From the human T2T-CHM13v2.0 reference genome, Homo sapiens, in NCBI RefSeq assembly GCF_009914755.1, contig NC_060942.1: a stretch of 64,000 bases of DNA; one strand, written 5' to 3'. Under the pieces are notes generated by a model that worked only from the letters and a program-made list of their open reading frames with translations, was not told the origin of the DNA and did not search any database. The position numbers and the translations under genes are program-made. Shown here in pieces: positions 38,988-50,557 of this stretch; positions within the stretch are counted from its first letter, which is position 1, and each line of letters begins with the position of its first letter.

Positions 38988-39639
38988 TCCAGAAAGAAGA
39001 AAAGGTATGGGCGATTGAAATTCAGAAAAGCACACAGAAGGGAGACACGGAAACAAATACTTTCTTTGGGGCAGGTGATAGAGATGGGCTACTTATAGTT
39101 AGTTATTGCCTTTTTAGCTATGTTCTGGCCACCAAGATGCCAATGGACATGGTAAAAATGTATCTCTGGCCTAGCCCCCAAACATATTCTGCAAAATCCT
39201 TGACACTCCTTCTTCCTGCAGATCAGAAGCAGAAGAGCTGGCTGGGGAGACCAAGGCCTTGGAAAAGACAAAACCAAAAGCTAAACAGAAACTGAATTTC
39301 TGAAAGAACATACAGAACACTGCTCACTGCTCAAGGTTAGCCATACTGGACATTTTCAGCAAGAAATAAACATTTATTTCCTTATACTTAGTAAAATTTG
39401 GGATATTTTGTTTTAGCTTCTAGAATTATTTATCCAAAGAAACACAAAGAGGAAAGTTCCTCTGGGGAAGAAGTGAAGTTAGGGCATGTTAGACTCTATG
39501 GGTCAACTCCTCCAACATGTTTCCAATCCTCTTCTTCTTTTCCTAGATTAACTTTAGACCTACTTTCCCTTGGAATTAATGCTGATCATGCGACAACATT
39601 CTGTTCAATGAGATGCCAATGTAAGTTTCATGAGCATGT

Positions 39640-39910
39640 CCCTTCCCTATTTCCCCACCTCCCTTCTTCTTGTTTGCAAGAGGATGTGATACCCAAATTT
39701 TCAGCAGCCACATAGTAACTCTGAGGGAAAGGCCAAGAGAATCTCAGAGATGTTAGTCCTAACATTATTGACCCACTGTACCAACCCCAGCAAATGCTCA
39801 CCTACAGACACCTATAAATATATAACAACAAACAAATAAAAGCCTATTCTTTAAACTATAGTTAAATAGGTGTTTGGGTATTTGCAGCTGAACACGACTG
39901 TAATCAAGAC
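39640..39910 (+). mobile_element. Old MLT1 (J-L group) LTR, 3' part
   Basis: GAGGGAAAGGCCAAGAGAATCTCAGAGA ... AAATAAAAGCCTATT ... TATTTGCAGCTGAA. Confidence 0.6.
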
Positions 39911-39926
39911 AAAAGTGGATGAAAAA

Positions 39927-40118
39927 CAGTGTTTCTCAACTGGGGTAATTTTGCCCTTCCCTTACCTCTGCAAAATCCCCAGAGACTTTTTAGTGGTCAC
40001 AACTAGAGGGATGTTACTGGTGTCTAACATGTCTTGCCTGCAATGCACAAGAAAGCCCTTCATGACAAAGGCTTATCCAGCCCGAGATGTCAGTTGTGCC
40101 AAGGATGAGGGATCGCCA
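39927..40118 (+). mobile_element. MER20 hAT-Charlie element
   Basis: CAGTGTTTCTCAACTGGGGTAATTTTGCCC ... TTATCCAGCCCGAGATGTCAGTTGTGCCAAGG. Confidence 0.8.
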
Positions 40119-40602
40119 TACTGCAACATGGAAAGCCCCTCCATGGCATTAGAAAGTGCTATTACTTCTTTTTTATGTCATTCTATGCCACTGTGGAATT
40201 TTGAACAATACAGTATCATGATAGAATAAAATGAGGAAGAGAGAAGAGTAAATGGGTTTTACATAGAATGGATGACTAGAAAAGGAGTAATGGAAAGTAG
40301 CAGTCTAGAGTTCAGATGTCTAAAGCTCAGAAATCCAGTTAAGAGTTTGATTATTAGAAACTGATTGTTGGTGGATGGGGAAATAGGAAGAGAAAATTCA
40401 TGATTTATTAGGAAATAATTTGATAACAGAAAGAAAGAAATAAGTAATATTAACAGAATTCAAGCAGATGTATCAAGACCAGATATTGGGCCTGTAGAAT
40501 GATATTAAACATTTTTATGAAAAAAGCAGGCATTTCACCATTTATTTTAATTTTTGCAAACATATAAACATCCTAAAACAGAGAAAGAAGAATATCTAAA
40601 TA

Positions 40603-40650
40603 TTAGGCTGATGCAAAAGTAATTGCAGTTTTTGCCATTTAAAGTAATGG
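40603..40650. mobile_element. MADE1 mariner MITE, left arm only
   Basis: TA|TTAGGCTGATGCAAAAGTAATTGCAGTTTTTGCCATT. Confidence 0.85.
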
Positions 40651-43600
40651 AAGTAATAGAAAATCTTATTTTCCCCTTATCCCCTGAGCTGCTTGGGAGT
40701 GTTAGAGGGAGTTATACAAGAAATGTCAAGGTATCCATATTTTTTTAACAAAAGCATAATATATTTATCATGTAAAATCTAATGAATAAGTTATTCTCCT
40801 TATTAAAATATCACTATATGCTTCCACGGGTTACAGAAAACATGGCACAAAGAAAAGGGCACAGTATTAAGATTAGAGAAAAGAAAGCAGAATTGTTGAA
40901 AGACTCAGAGAGGGATATAGAAAACCCTTTTCCTCATTAAGAAGCAAAGCAGGCAGCTAGCATTGTGCAGAGTTTATTGGGCAAAACAGTCATCACAAAT
41001 AATATGTTTTAATCGAATTTTGGGAATGAGGATAAATACAGAGTTTGAGACCATCACACTGGAAAGTATCTTTTCAGTGAAGAAGAGCACAAGAATTTTA
41101 TAGAACATACACATAGAAGCATCACAAAACCTAGAAGCAGAATATAAGTAAAAACCAAAGACTATTTTTGTGGTTACATTTGGCTACGTGTTCTCATCAC
41201 ATTGTGAGTTAGGAGGAACTGGAAATTTATAAATGTAGCCCCTGAATATCCTCTGCTGTATCTCTATATTTTTGTTGTAAACAGATTATGACTAAATAAG
41301 TGTTATACAAATGCATAGAGCTATCATTCATGGTGCAGCTTCAACTTTGGTAGGATTCCATTGTTTTCATGAAGTCTGTAGTGAAATAATGTTCCCTAAT
41401 ATTATTATATAGAGATACTTGAAGTGGGTAGACCTTGTGTGAACAACAGATAAGCGTGATGGTTATCAGTATATTACAAAACCAGATTTCAGCAAAGTAG
41501 CAGGCTTGTGGAATATTAGTGTAAAAGTTTCATTCTTTTCTGAGGATATTTGTTCATAAACCTTTATAAAACCAAAGTATTAACATGTTTATCAGAATTT
41601 CTTTCATTCCTTATATTCTCTACATAGAAAAATCTACCACATATTGTAAACCAGGGGATTCTTTTCGCCATAAGCTTAGATCTTGTATTAGGGCTTAGTA
41701 GAAAGGATATCTACTTAGAAATGCTTCTGAGCCAGTTTTACTCATTAAAATAAATATCAATGACTCCTACACAGACTCATAAACATGCCATAAATTTACT
41801 TTACTGCACCACCTTTGAGTTTTTGTTCTAATGTGTGACAAATCCCAATAGATTATATTTTGTAGATGATATTCTTCCCTATCAAAATTATACTATATTG
41901 AAGGCAGAGTTTTATTCAATAAGATAGAGGATTCAAGTTGCTCTCCAACTACCCGCAAGCATCCTGAAAGTTAAATAGCTTGTTTCTCCTCAAATGAAAG
42001 ACTTAACTAAAATAAGCAGTATGAACCATCTCCAACTGTGAACTAATTAAAGACAATTCCCTTTCAAGGTTTTTTCACTAGATGTCATTTGTGATTTTAC
42101 TTTGCTTTCCTTAAATTTGTCCTATTTTACATACCTGCTCCTTCTAGGATTTATTCTTCAATGGCACAATATTTTAATATTGTGACATTGAAATGTCAGC
42201 AACATTATAATGGGTCATACTTTAATATTAAGTTCTTTACAAATTATAAAACAAGTGTTAAAGATATTATAATATTATAGTGCTAGCAGAAGCAGCTCGA
42301 TTCAATGAATAGGTGAGTTTCTCTTTTTTCAAGCCTATTGTCATTATGTCCGGAGAGGAAGAGAATGAAGTGACTGACCACACCCTAAACTATATGCTTG
42401 TTCCCTTCATAATCTCCGTTCCTTATGCACTACTTTCAATTATGTTGCCAAATTTCTAATGTTGAAAAGGCTGGAGGAAATAATTGTAGAAGCAATTTCA
42501 AGAAAAAATCAAATCTAAAATCATATTCGGTTTTAAAATGCCTAAATAACAGAAAAGTCAGCAGAATAAAAATAATTCCTGAAGAAATGTAATGAAAAGA
42601 CTGAAGGAAGAAAATTAGAACTCAACAAACGAGCAGTATTTTTCCTAGAATAACAGTGCCATGAATCACCTGGTGGCCTATTGACCAAGATCACCATTTT
42701 CTTATCACTTCCTATGAAATTTCTTTCGAAGGCTATTAGTAAGTTATTGATAACACAAGGACTAGGCAAATATATTTAAAATAATGCATACGCATTATTT
42801 CTCTCTAACCAACATCCATAGTCTTCCTCCTAGTGTTCAAAGAATCTCCTTATTTTGATGGTCAAGATTTGCAGTTTTATATCTGATAATTATGAGCTTA
42901 ATTTCCAGACATCTAACCATTCTTGATCTAAAATACTTTTTAAAAGGTTTGGACTAATTGTTTCAAGAATTAGTTTGAATTAGTCCATTTCATAGTCTCT
43001 GCCACCTGGTTCCTTTTACCAATCAAAAAATATTTATCACGATTCCATTTATAAACCTTCTTTTCAAATTGGGGTTATTCATTTTTTCTCAAACGCCTTG
43101 TATTTTTAAAACTATGTTTTAAAAAGAGTTTGAATTTTTGCTATTTTCCAGGCTCAGGACAGGAACATTCACGTTTATACAATATCTCCACTAATTTCCC
43201 AACTTGTTATAGTCCTCTTGCTAAGAATATCCTTGTCCTCTTCAATTTTAAGTATGATTTATTGGGTATAGTACACTTGAAATGTTATCTAGTTCATCAT
43301 AAAGCACAATATTGACCCAGAATTTTGCAAAATTTTTAAAATTATAATAGCATTAATGGGAGACATCGGCTGCTTACCAAATATCCATAGGCTCACACAC
43401 ATTTCTCAGCCCCACTGCAATTAGGAAGGGCCCTGAGAATAGTTCTGCACAAATGGGTCATGAACAGAATACACATAAAAAAATTTGAGGCCAAGACACT
43501 AAATGGATGGTGTGTGACCCTTCAGCTTTCTCTTCTACTGTCAAGGAGACCATGAAGGGCATCAGTTGTGATGGTGGAACCAGAAGATGAAAATGAACCA

Positions 43601-44203
43601 GTGCCCTTTGTTACTTTGTGAAAGTGAACTTCCCTGGAGAGTCACAGAGAAACCAGTGGACTTCTGTGGATTAGAAATCAAAAGATATAGTCTTACATCC
43701 TGGAGATTTGGGAAATGTTACAGGAAGCACAACCTAATCTATCCTGATTAATACTATTGATTGATATAAGAAGTGGGTAACGTCTGTTAAAAAACAAACT
43801 AAAAGCCAAAAAACTAACTAAATTAAAATATATGGCATTTGATGAGTGGTCTGGTATAGGCTAGAAAGATCATGATAACTTATACTAAAGATCAACAGCA
43901 GTATCTGATACTGATATTTGATAATGCTACTGCCTGCAATAAGTTGCAGTTTCAATCATGTGAGCAATGAATTCGAAACACTGGAAACTGGAAACTTACA
44001 AGGGTGTGTTGGTTACTGCTAGCTGTGTTTCGCAAAGTATTACAAGAAAGATGATTCAGCAAAGAATACCTCAGTCTGAAAGCAGAAGTTTGGGAAAAAG
44101 TGAGAGATAAAATTGAAAAAGCCTTTGAGAGACAAATCCTGTTAAAACAGCTTGATGGCAAAGATCAGATTCAGAGTGGCTTCCTTGCATATTTTAAAAC
44201 CTA

Positions 44204-44465
44204 TCACTTGGGAGACGAGGTAGGAAGACTGCTGGAGCTCAGGAGTTTGAGACCAGCTTGGGCAACATGGGCAGACCTTGTTTCTGCAAAAAACTTTTAT
44301 AAAAATTTAGCAGGATATGGTGGCATATGGGAAGCTACATGGGAGGCTGAGGCAGAGGATCACTTGAACCCAGAAGGTCGAGGCTGCAGTGAGCCATATT
44401 CATGACACTGCACTCCAGCCTGGGTGACAGAGTGAGACCTTGTCTCAATCAGTCAATCAATAAAC
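44204..44465 (+). mobile_element. AluJ, 5'-truncated
   Basis: GAGCTCAGGAGTTTGAGACCAGC ... GGTCGAGGCTGCAGTGAGCC ... GAGACCTTGTCTC with a (TCAA)n tail. Confidence 0.9.
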
Positions 44466-44938
44466 TATCGTTAATGAAGGTGCCCCAGGGAAAAAGTGAA
44501 ACAAAAGAGACTTTCTGTCTCTGGTATGACACTTTCTGGATAGCTCTCCTTAAATATAGAGAAGCATAAGATATGAGAACAAAGAAATAAAGATTTGAGA
44601 ATAGATCATACTGATGTCTGGGTATGAGTTCAGCAAATAAACTGACCAGTAACAACAGATGGAAAGTCTAATGCGTTTTTAAGACTCAGTCTGAAAAAAT
44701 ACCCGTAAAGTTACATGATTATTTCAGCCTTACAGTCCTTGGACTCCCAACTTTCCACTGGCAAGACCTTAATTAAGAAAACTGTGAAGCCCTGATCCTG
44801 GCATATTCCACAACAGCCTCTTCAGACATGGCTATGGAACATCCTGAAAACCAGAAGAAACTCCCAAAGCCATAAAGAACAATGAACACAACACTAATCC
44901 CAGAGAGCACATTAGGCATTATCTGGTAGCTGATTTCT

Positions 44939-45152
44939 TTTTTTTTTTTTTTTTTTGTAAGGAACAGAAATTTATTTCTTACAGTTCTGGAGGCTGGGAG
45001 TTTCAAATCAAAGTACCAGGAGGTTAGGGCCCAGTCTCTCTGCTTCCAAGATGGTGCCTTAAATGCTGCATCCTCTGGAGGAGAACACCATGTCCTCGGG
45101 TGGCAGAGGGGCAGAAGAGAGAGAACCTACTCCTGCAAGCTTGCCTTTTTAA
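44939..45152 (-). mobile_element. SVA 3' transduction: MST/MLT1A-like LTR fragment (44957-45152) plus second poly(A) (T18, 44939-44956)
   Basis: Lies inside the SVA TSD pair; AGAAATTTATTTCTTACAGTTCTGGAGGCTGGGAG and TTCCAAGATGGTGCC are MST/MLT1A-type LTR motifs; AATAAA on the minus strand at 44976-44971. Confidence 0.9.
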
Positions 45153-46295
45153 TTTTTTTTTTTTTTTTTTTTTTTTTAGTATTTATTGATCATTCTTGGG
45201 TGTTTCTCGGAGAGGGGGATTTGGCAGGGTCATAGGACAATAGTGGAGGGAAGGTCAGCAGATAAACATGTGAACAAGGGTCTCTGGTTTTCCTAGGCAG
45301 AGGACCCTGCGGCCTTCCACAGTGTTTGTGTCCCTGGGTACTTGAGATTAGGGAGTGGTGATGACTCCTAACGAGCATGCTGCCTTCAAGCATCTGTTTA
45401 ACAAAGCACATCTTGCACCACCCTTAATCCATTTAACCCTGAGTGGACACAGCACATGTTTCAGAGAGCACGGGGTTTGGGGCAAGGTTATAGATTAACA
45501 GCATCCCAAGGCACAAGAATTTTTCTTAGTACAGAACAAAATGGAGTCTCCTACGTCTACTTCCCTCTACATAGACACAGCAACAATCTGATTTCTCTAT
45601 CTTTTCCCCACATTTCCCTTTTCTATTCGACAAAACTGCCATTGTCATCATGGCCCGTTCTCAATGAGCTGTTGGGTACACCTCCCAGACGGGGTGGCTG
45701 CCGGGCAGAGGGGCTCCTCACTTCCCAGACGGGGCGGCCAGGCAGAGGCGCCCCCACCTCCCGGACGGGGCGGCGGCCGGGCAGGGGCTGCCCCCCACCT
45801 CCCTCCCGGACGGGGCGGCTGGCCGGGCAGAGGCTGCAATCTCGGCACTTTGGGAGGCCAAGGCAGGCGGCTGGGAGGTGGAGGTTGTAGCGAGCCGAGA
45901 TCATGCCACTGCACTCCAGCCTGGGCAACATTGAGCACTGAGTGAGTGAGACTCCGTCTGCAATCCTGGCACCTCGGGAGGCCGAGGCTGGCAGATCACT
46001 CGCGGTTAGGAGCTGGAGACCAGCCCGGCCAACACAGCCAAACCCCGTCTCCACCAAAAAAATATGAAAACCAGTCAGGCGTGGCGGCGCGTGCCTGCAA
46101 TCCCAGGCACTCGGCAGCCTGAGGCAGGAGAATCAGGCAGGGAGGTTGCAGTGAGCCTAGATGGTGGCAGTACAGTCCAGCTTCGGCTCGGCATCAGAGG
46201 GAGACCGTGGAGAGAGAGGGAGAGGGAGAGGGAGACCGTGGGGAGAGGGAGAGGGAGACCGTGGGGAGAGGGGGAGGGAGAGGGAGAGGGAGAGC
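45153..46295 (-). mobile_element. Full-length SVA (older B/C-like): poly(A) 45153-45177, SINE-R ~45178-45680, VNTR ~45681-45831, Alu-like ~45832-46198, CCCTCT hexamer ~46199-46295
   Basis: All four SVA domains are visible; SINE-R variants GATAAACATGTGAAC, TATAGATTAACAGCATCC and AAAATGGAGTCTCC suggest a pre-D subfamily (recall); 17-bp TSD TCTGGTAGCTGATTTCT at 44922-44938 and 46296-46312. Confidence 0.97.
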
Positions 46296-47005
46296 TCTGG
46301 TAGCTGATTTCTACCATTCTGAAGGCTTGGGGAATCTTTGTAATGTCTACCCACCAAGATTTCAAGATCTCAGAATTCCTATGAATTCTGCTGGATATCT
46401 CCCATTCTTTCCCTTTCTGGAATGTGTTTTTGCTTTTATTGTATCCCATTTCCACAATGAAACACTAGGTGTCATGCGACTGAGGATATGCAGATACCTT
46501 GTCTTCTTATTTCATCTGTCTGAATCTAGAGATTATAGTATAATATGCAGAAACTTAGACTTTGAGCTTAAAGGAAGTGACTTGGTGAGACTTAGTTGGT
46601 TTTTGTTGGGGCATGTCACAATAAGGGAGCAAGAAAACATTTTTGTAACCAGAAGGGTCAACCGTCGCAGTGACAATTGTTTGTCAGTGAATATCCAGGT
46701 GTGGTCCCCTCACCCCAACCCCTGCATGGGCTATTCCCAGCCCCCTTGCTAGGAGCTATGTGTCTGTTTCTGGCCAATGCGCTGTAAACAGAAATGATGT
46801 GTATAACTCCTAGGCTAAAATATTTAAGAGCTAGTTTGCCATCCTTATGGTTCCTTCTCCTGTCAAACTAATTGTGTAGGCCTCCTGTTGGGATGAAGAA
46901 TCACCAAGATGAAAACAACCTGGATCCCCACACATAGGAAATCTTCCCTTGGATCTATAGTGGACATTGTAATACTCTATGGGAAAAATCCACACACTGT
47001 GGAAT

Positions 47006-47086
47006 CCAGAAAGCAAATGGTTAAATACTAACTGACTTAGGGTTTTCTGGAAGCCAGAAAGCAAATGGTTAAATACTAACTGACTT
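47006..47086. repeat. Perfect 33-bp direct repeat with 15-bp spacer
   Basis: CCAGAAAGCAAATGGTTAAATACTAACTGACTT at 47006-47038 and 47054-47086. Confidence 0.95.
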
Positions 47087-47653
47087 GGAATCTAACCAGT
47101 TTTAGCAGTGAGGAGATTAAGAAGAGAGTCAATTTGTACCCCAAATTCCAGAAATGCTCTAAAGGTGAAGGTATCACCCATCTCAGAATGTGGAGCTATG
47201 TGAACAAAAAACAAGAATATTAGGAATTTTCAAAAGAAACTCTGAAGATCCTTGAAGCCTTTCCGTATCCACACAGTAGGAAAGCTAGTTCTCTTCAGCA
47301 GTTTTAGAAATTTGTCATCTACCAACACTATCAGAGATACTCTGACCTTTGCCTCAGACACCAGGCAAAGTTGTCACAGTGAAAATAGAGAGCCACACTG
47401 AAAGTAGAGGAATAAGTGAAGGGCCATATGCTGTATAATGAGGTCTCCATCTCCCTTCCCTCCTCCACCCATTAATATTCCATTATACAATCTCCCCTTT
47501 CCTGCTCCCCACAAACATGTAGCAGATTGAATTATTCTAAATAATTGACTAAACCAAGAAAATTAAACACTATGTATTTGAACATTCTCACAATAACATG
47601 GCTCGCTCTCATTAAACATTCTACAGTGAAGATTAACAGTCAAAAATATACAC

Positions 47654-49066
47654 CCATCATTCTTCACAGAACTAGAAAAAAACAATCCTAAAATTCATAT
47701 GGAACCAAAACATAGCCTACATAGCCAAAGCAAAACAAAGCAAAAAGAACAAATCTGGAGATATCACATTACCTGACTTCAAATTATACTACAGGGCTAT
47801 AGTACCAAAACAGCATGGTACTGGCATAAAAATAGGCATGTAGATCAATGGAAAAGTATAGAGAACCTAGAAATAAAGCCGAATACTTACAGCTAACTGA
47901 TCTTTGACAAAGCATAAAAAACATATCTCGGGGATAGGACACCCTAGTCTATATGGTGCTGGGAAAACTGGGAGGCCACATGTAGAAGAATAAAACTGGA
48001 TCACCATCTCCCACCTTATACAAAAATCAACTCAAGATGGATCAAAGATTTAAATCTAAGACTTAAAACCATACAAATTCTAGACAATAACACTGAAAAA
48101 ACTCTTCCAGGCATTAACTTAGGCAAATAATTCATGACTAAGACTGCAAAACAAATGCAATAAGAACAAAAATAAATAATTGGGACCTAATTAAACTAAA
48201 AAGCTTCTGCACAGTAAAATACATAATCAACAGAATAAACAGACAATCTTGTGGGAGAAAATATTAGCAAACTATGCATCTGAGAAAGGACTAATATCCG
48301 GCATCTACGAGGAACACAAATCAGCAAGAAAAGAAAACTCATCAAAAAGTGGTCAAAGGACATGAATAGCCAATTATCAAAAGAAGATATGCAAACAGCC
48401 AACAAACATATGAAAAAATGTTCAACATCACGAGATGTTGGTGTGGATGTGGTGAAAAGGGAACACTTTTACACTGCTGGTGAGAATGTAAACTAGTACA
48501 ACCACTATGGAAAACAGTATGGAGAAGCTTTAAGGAACTCCATTCAATTCAGCATTCAATCCAGCACTACTGGGTATCTACCCAAAGAAAAAGAAGACAT
48601 ATGAAAAAGACATATGCACACGGATGGTTTATAGCAGCACATTTCACAATTGTAAAGATATGGAACCAAGCTAAGTGCCTATCAACCATACACCATAGAA
48701 TACTACTCGGGCATAAATAGGAATGAAATAATGTCTTTTGCAGCAACTTGGATGGAGTTGGAGGCCATTATTCTAGGTGAAATAACTCAGAAATGGAAAA
48801 TCAAATGTATGTTCTCACTTATAAGTGGGAGTTAAGCTATGAGGATGCAAAGGCATAAGAATGATATAATGAACTTTGGGGACTTGGGGAGGCTGGAAGA
48901 GGGTGAGAGATAAAAGACTATGTATTGAGTACAGTGTACACTGCTTGGGTGATTTTGGAGCACCAAATCTCAGAAATCACCACCAAAGAACTTATCCATG
49001 TAACAAAATACCACCTGTACCCCATAAACTATTGAAACATAAATAGCAATAAATAAATAAATAAAT
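47654..49066 (+). mobile_element. L1PB1-like 5'-truncated LINE-1 with internal deletions
   Basis: ORF2 remnants; 3' UTR AAGCTATGAGGATGCAAAGGCATAAGAATGATATAATG ... CTCAGAAATCACCACCAAAGAACTTATCCATGTAAC; (AATA)n tail. Confidence 0.9.
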
Positions 49067-49439
49067 TCTTGAAAAATAACAAAAAATTAGGTGGGTGTGG
49101 TGGCGAGCACCTGAAAAAAATACATATCTACAGTCTTCAAATATTATTTAAGTACTTTTTACCATCAGAGTTGTAAGTTACTTGATACTGCAAAAATACT
49201 TCTAACTCAAAAAAGAGAACTAAAACAAATGCGGAAAAGCTTAAATACAAACAAGACTTTGCAGAAAACATAAAAAAGCAAACGAAGTTATAGTTAACAT
49301 TCTCAAAGAGAAAAGAGTTCTAAAAATACAACAGTTCTCTTAGAAATGTAAATGAGAATATTTTCTCAAATCAACAAAGAGGATGAAAAACAATGTTGAA
49401 GGCATCATCCAAAAAGTAAACCAAAAGTTTATAATAGAA

Positions 49440-49690
49440 AGTAATCAACTGAGGAAAGTTATCACCCCAAGAAAACTGTTTCTCATTTCTGTATCTGTCA
49501 AATCGGGATAATAATATTAACACCAACGACAATAATGTCCTATTAAACATGGTACAGTGAATACCCAGCTCATGTAGTTGTCATTAGGATTAACTTAGTG
49601 AAGAGAGTTAGTAAAGGGACTTAGAACCATGACTGGAATAAAGAAAACACTCAGTAAGTATCAGAATTTGGTATCAACAACAATATTATT
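49440..49690 (+). mobile_element. MIR
   Basis: CTGTTTCTCATTTCTGTATCTGTCAAATCGGGATAATAATA ... CTTAGAACCATGACTGG ... CACTCAGTAAGTAT. Confidence 0.6.
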
Positions 49691-50119
49691 ATGGTGAAAA
49701 ATACATATTCCAACAACAGGAGAAAAAGTAAAAGGGATAGAGAGCAGATTAAAAAGAAATTACGTATAAAGTATGTCTCCAAACTAAGAGTGTGTATCTC
49801 AAGATCTGAACTATCCACCCAGCATTCAACACAATTATTGAAAATAGATGCAGGCCAAAAGCAATTTCACAACACTAGGAGTAATGGGAAGATCTTAAAG
49901 TTTTCGGAGAGGAGAAGGAGGAAAGGAGTGAAGAGATAAATATATACAATGATTAGTAACTGGATGACATCTGAATTTTTAGTGGCTAGGCGACAAATGG
50001 AAACCAGAAAATAAAGGCCTACAATTTTGAGAGCAAATGCTCACTATTCTATAACTCTACACCCAGGGCATTATCAATCAAGATGAAATATAAACCAAAA
50101 TCATTTTCAAATACGCAAA

Positions 50120-50557
50120 GTGGGAATCTTTACAAAAATGGTCATAATATTTTGCAGTTTCTCCTATCCCTTGAATCTGGGCTTAAGCATGTGACTTTCT
50201 TTGAATAATGAGACACTAGCAAGCATGACACAAGCAGAGAGGCTCAAAAAGTGGCTGTGCACTGGGGCTTGACCTCTTGTGCCACTGGAAACCCAGAGCT
50301 CGCCAGGAAGGAGCCAAGGCTAGACTCCAAGGATGAAAGATCAAAAGATCATGTAAGGGAATGGGGCCACAACCATCTCAGCCATCCAGCTGAAGTCCCA
50401 AATATGTGAATGAGGCCATCCTAGATTCTCTCATCCCAGCCAAGCTAGCCAGAGCACAAGAACCACAACAGCTGACTCCACAGAATTGAACTAACAGTTG
50501 TTTTAAGTCATTAAGTGTTGGAGTGGACTGCTACACAGCAAAAGTGGACTGCTATAC
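50120..50557 (+). mobile_element. MLT1F/G-like LTR
   Basis: CCTTGAATCTGGGCT ... TGTGACTT ... ATGTGAATGAGGCCATCCTAG ... GTTGTTTTAAGTCATTAAGT ... TGCTACACAGCAA. Confidence 0.8.

Larger units (their letters stand above)
43355..46975 (+). mobile_element. Old MLT1H/I-like MaLR with two LTRs (~43355-43755, ~46663-46975) and internal region, interrupted by AluJ and SVA
   Basis: Two related degraded LTRs (ATATCCA ... CAGCCCC ... TTCTG ... CAGAA ... AAGATGAAAA); LTR1 ends CTATCCTGATTAATAC followed by internal start AGAAGTGGG; PPT-like CCAGAAGGGTCAAC before LTR2. Confidence 0.7.

Noticed and set aside
45680-46200. CpG-rich island-like stretch
   Set aside because: Entirely within the SVA; not a host promoter.
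45456-46752. Several overlapping ORFs of up to 181 aa
   Set aside because: They arise from GC-rich SVA VNTR, Alu-like and hexamer sequence running into MLT1 internal DNA; several begin at non-ATG codons and none has gene structure.
47006-47086. Repeat-spacer-repeat pattern resembling CRISPR
   Set aside because: Only two copies, a 15-bp spacer, primate DNA and no cas genes.
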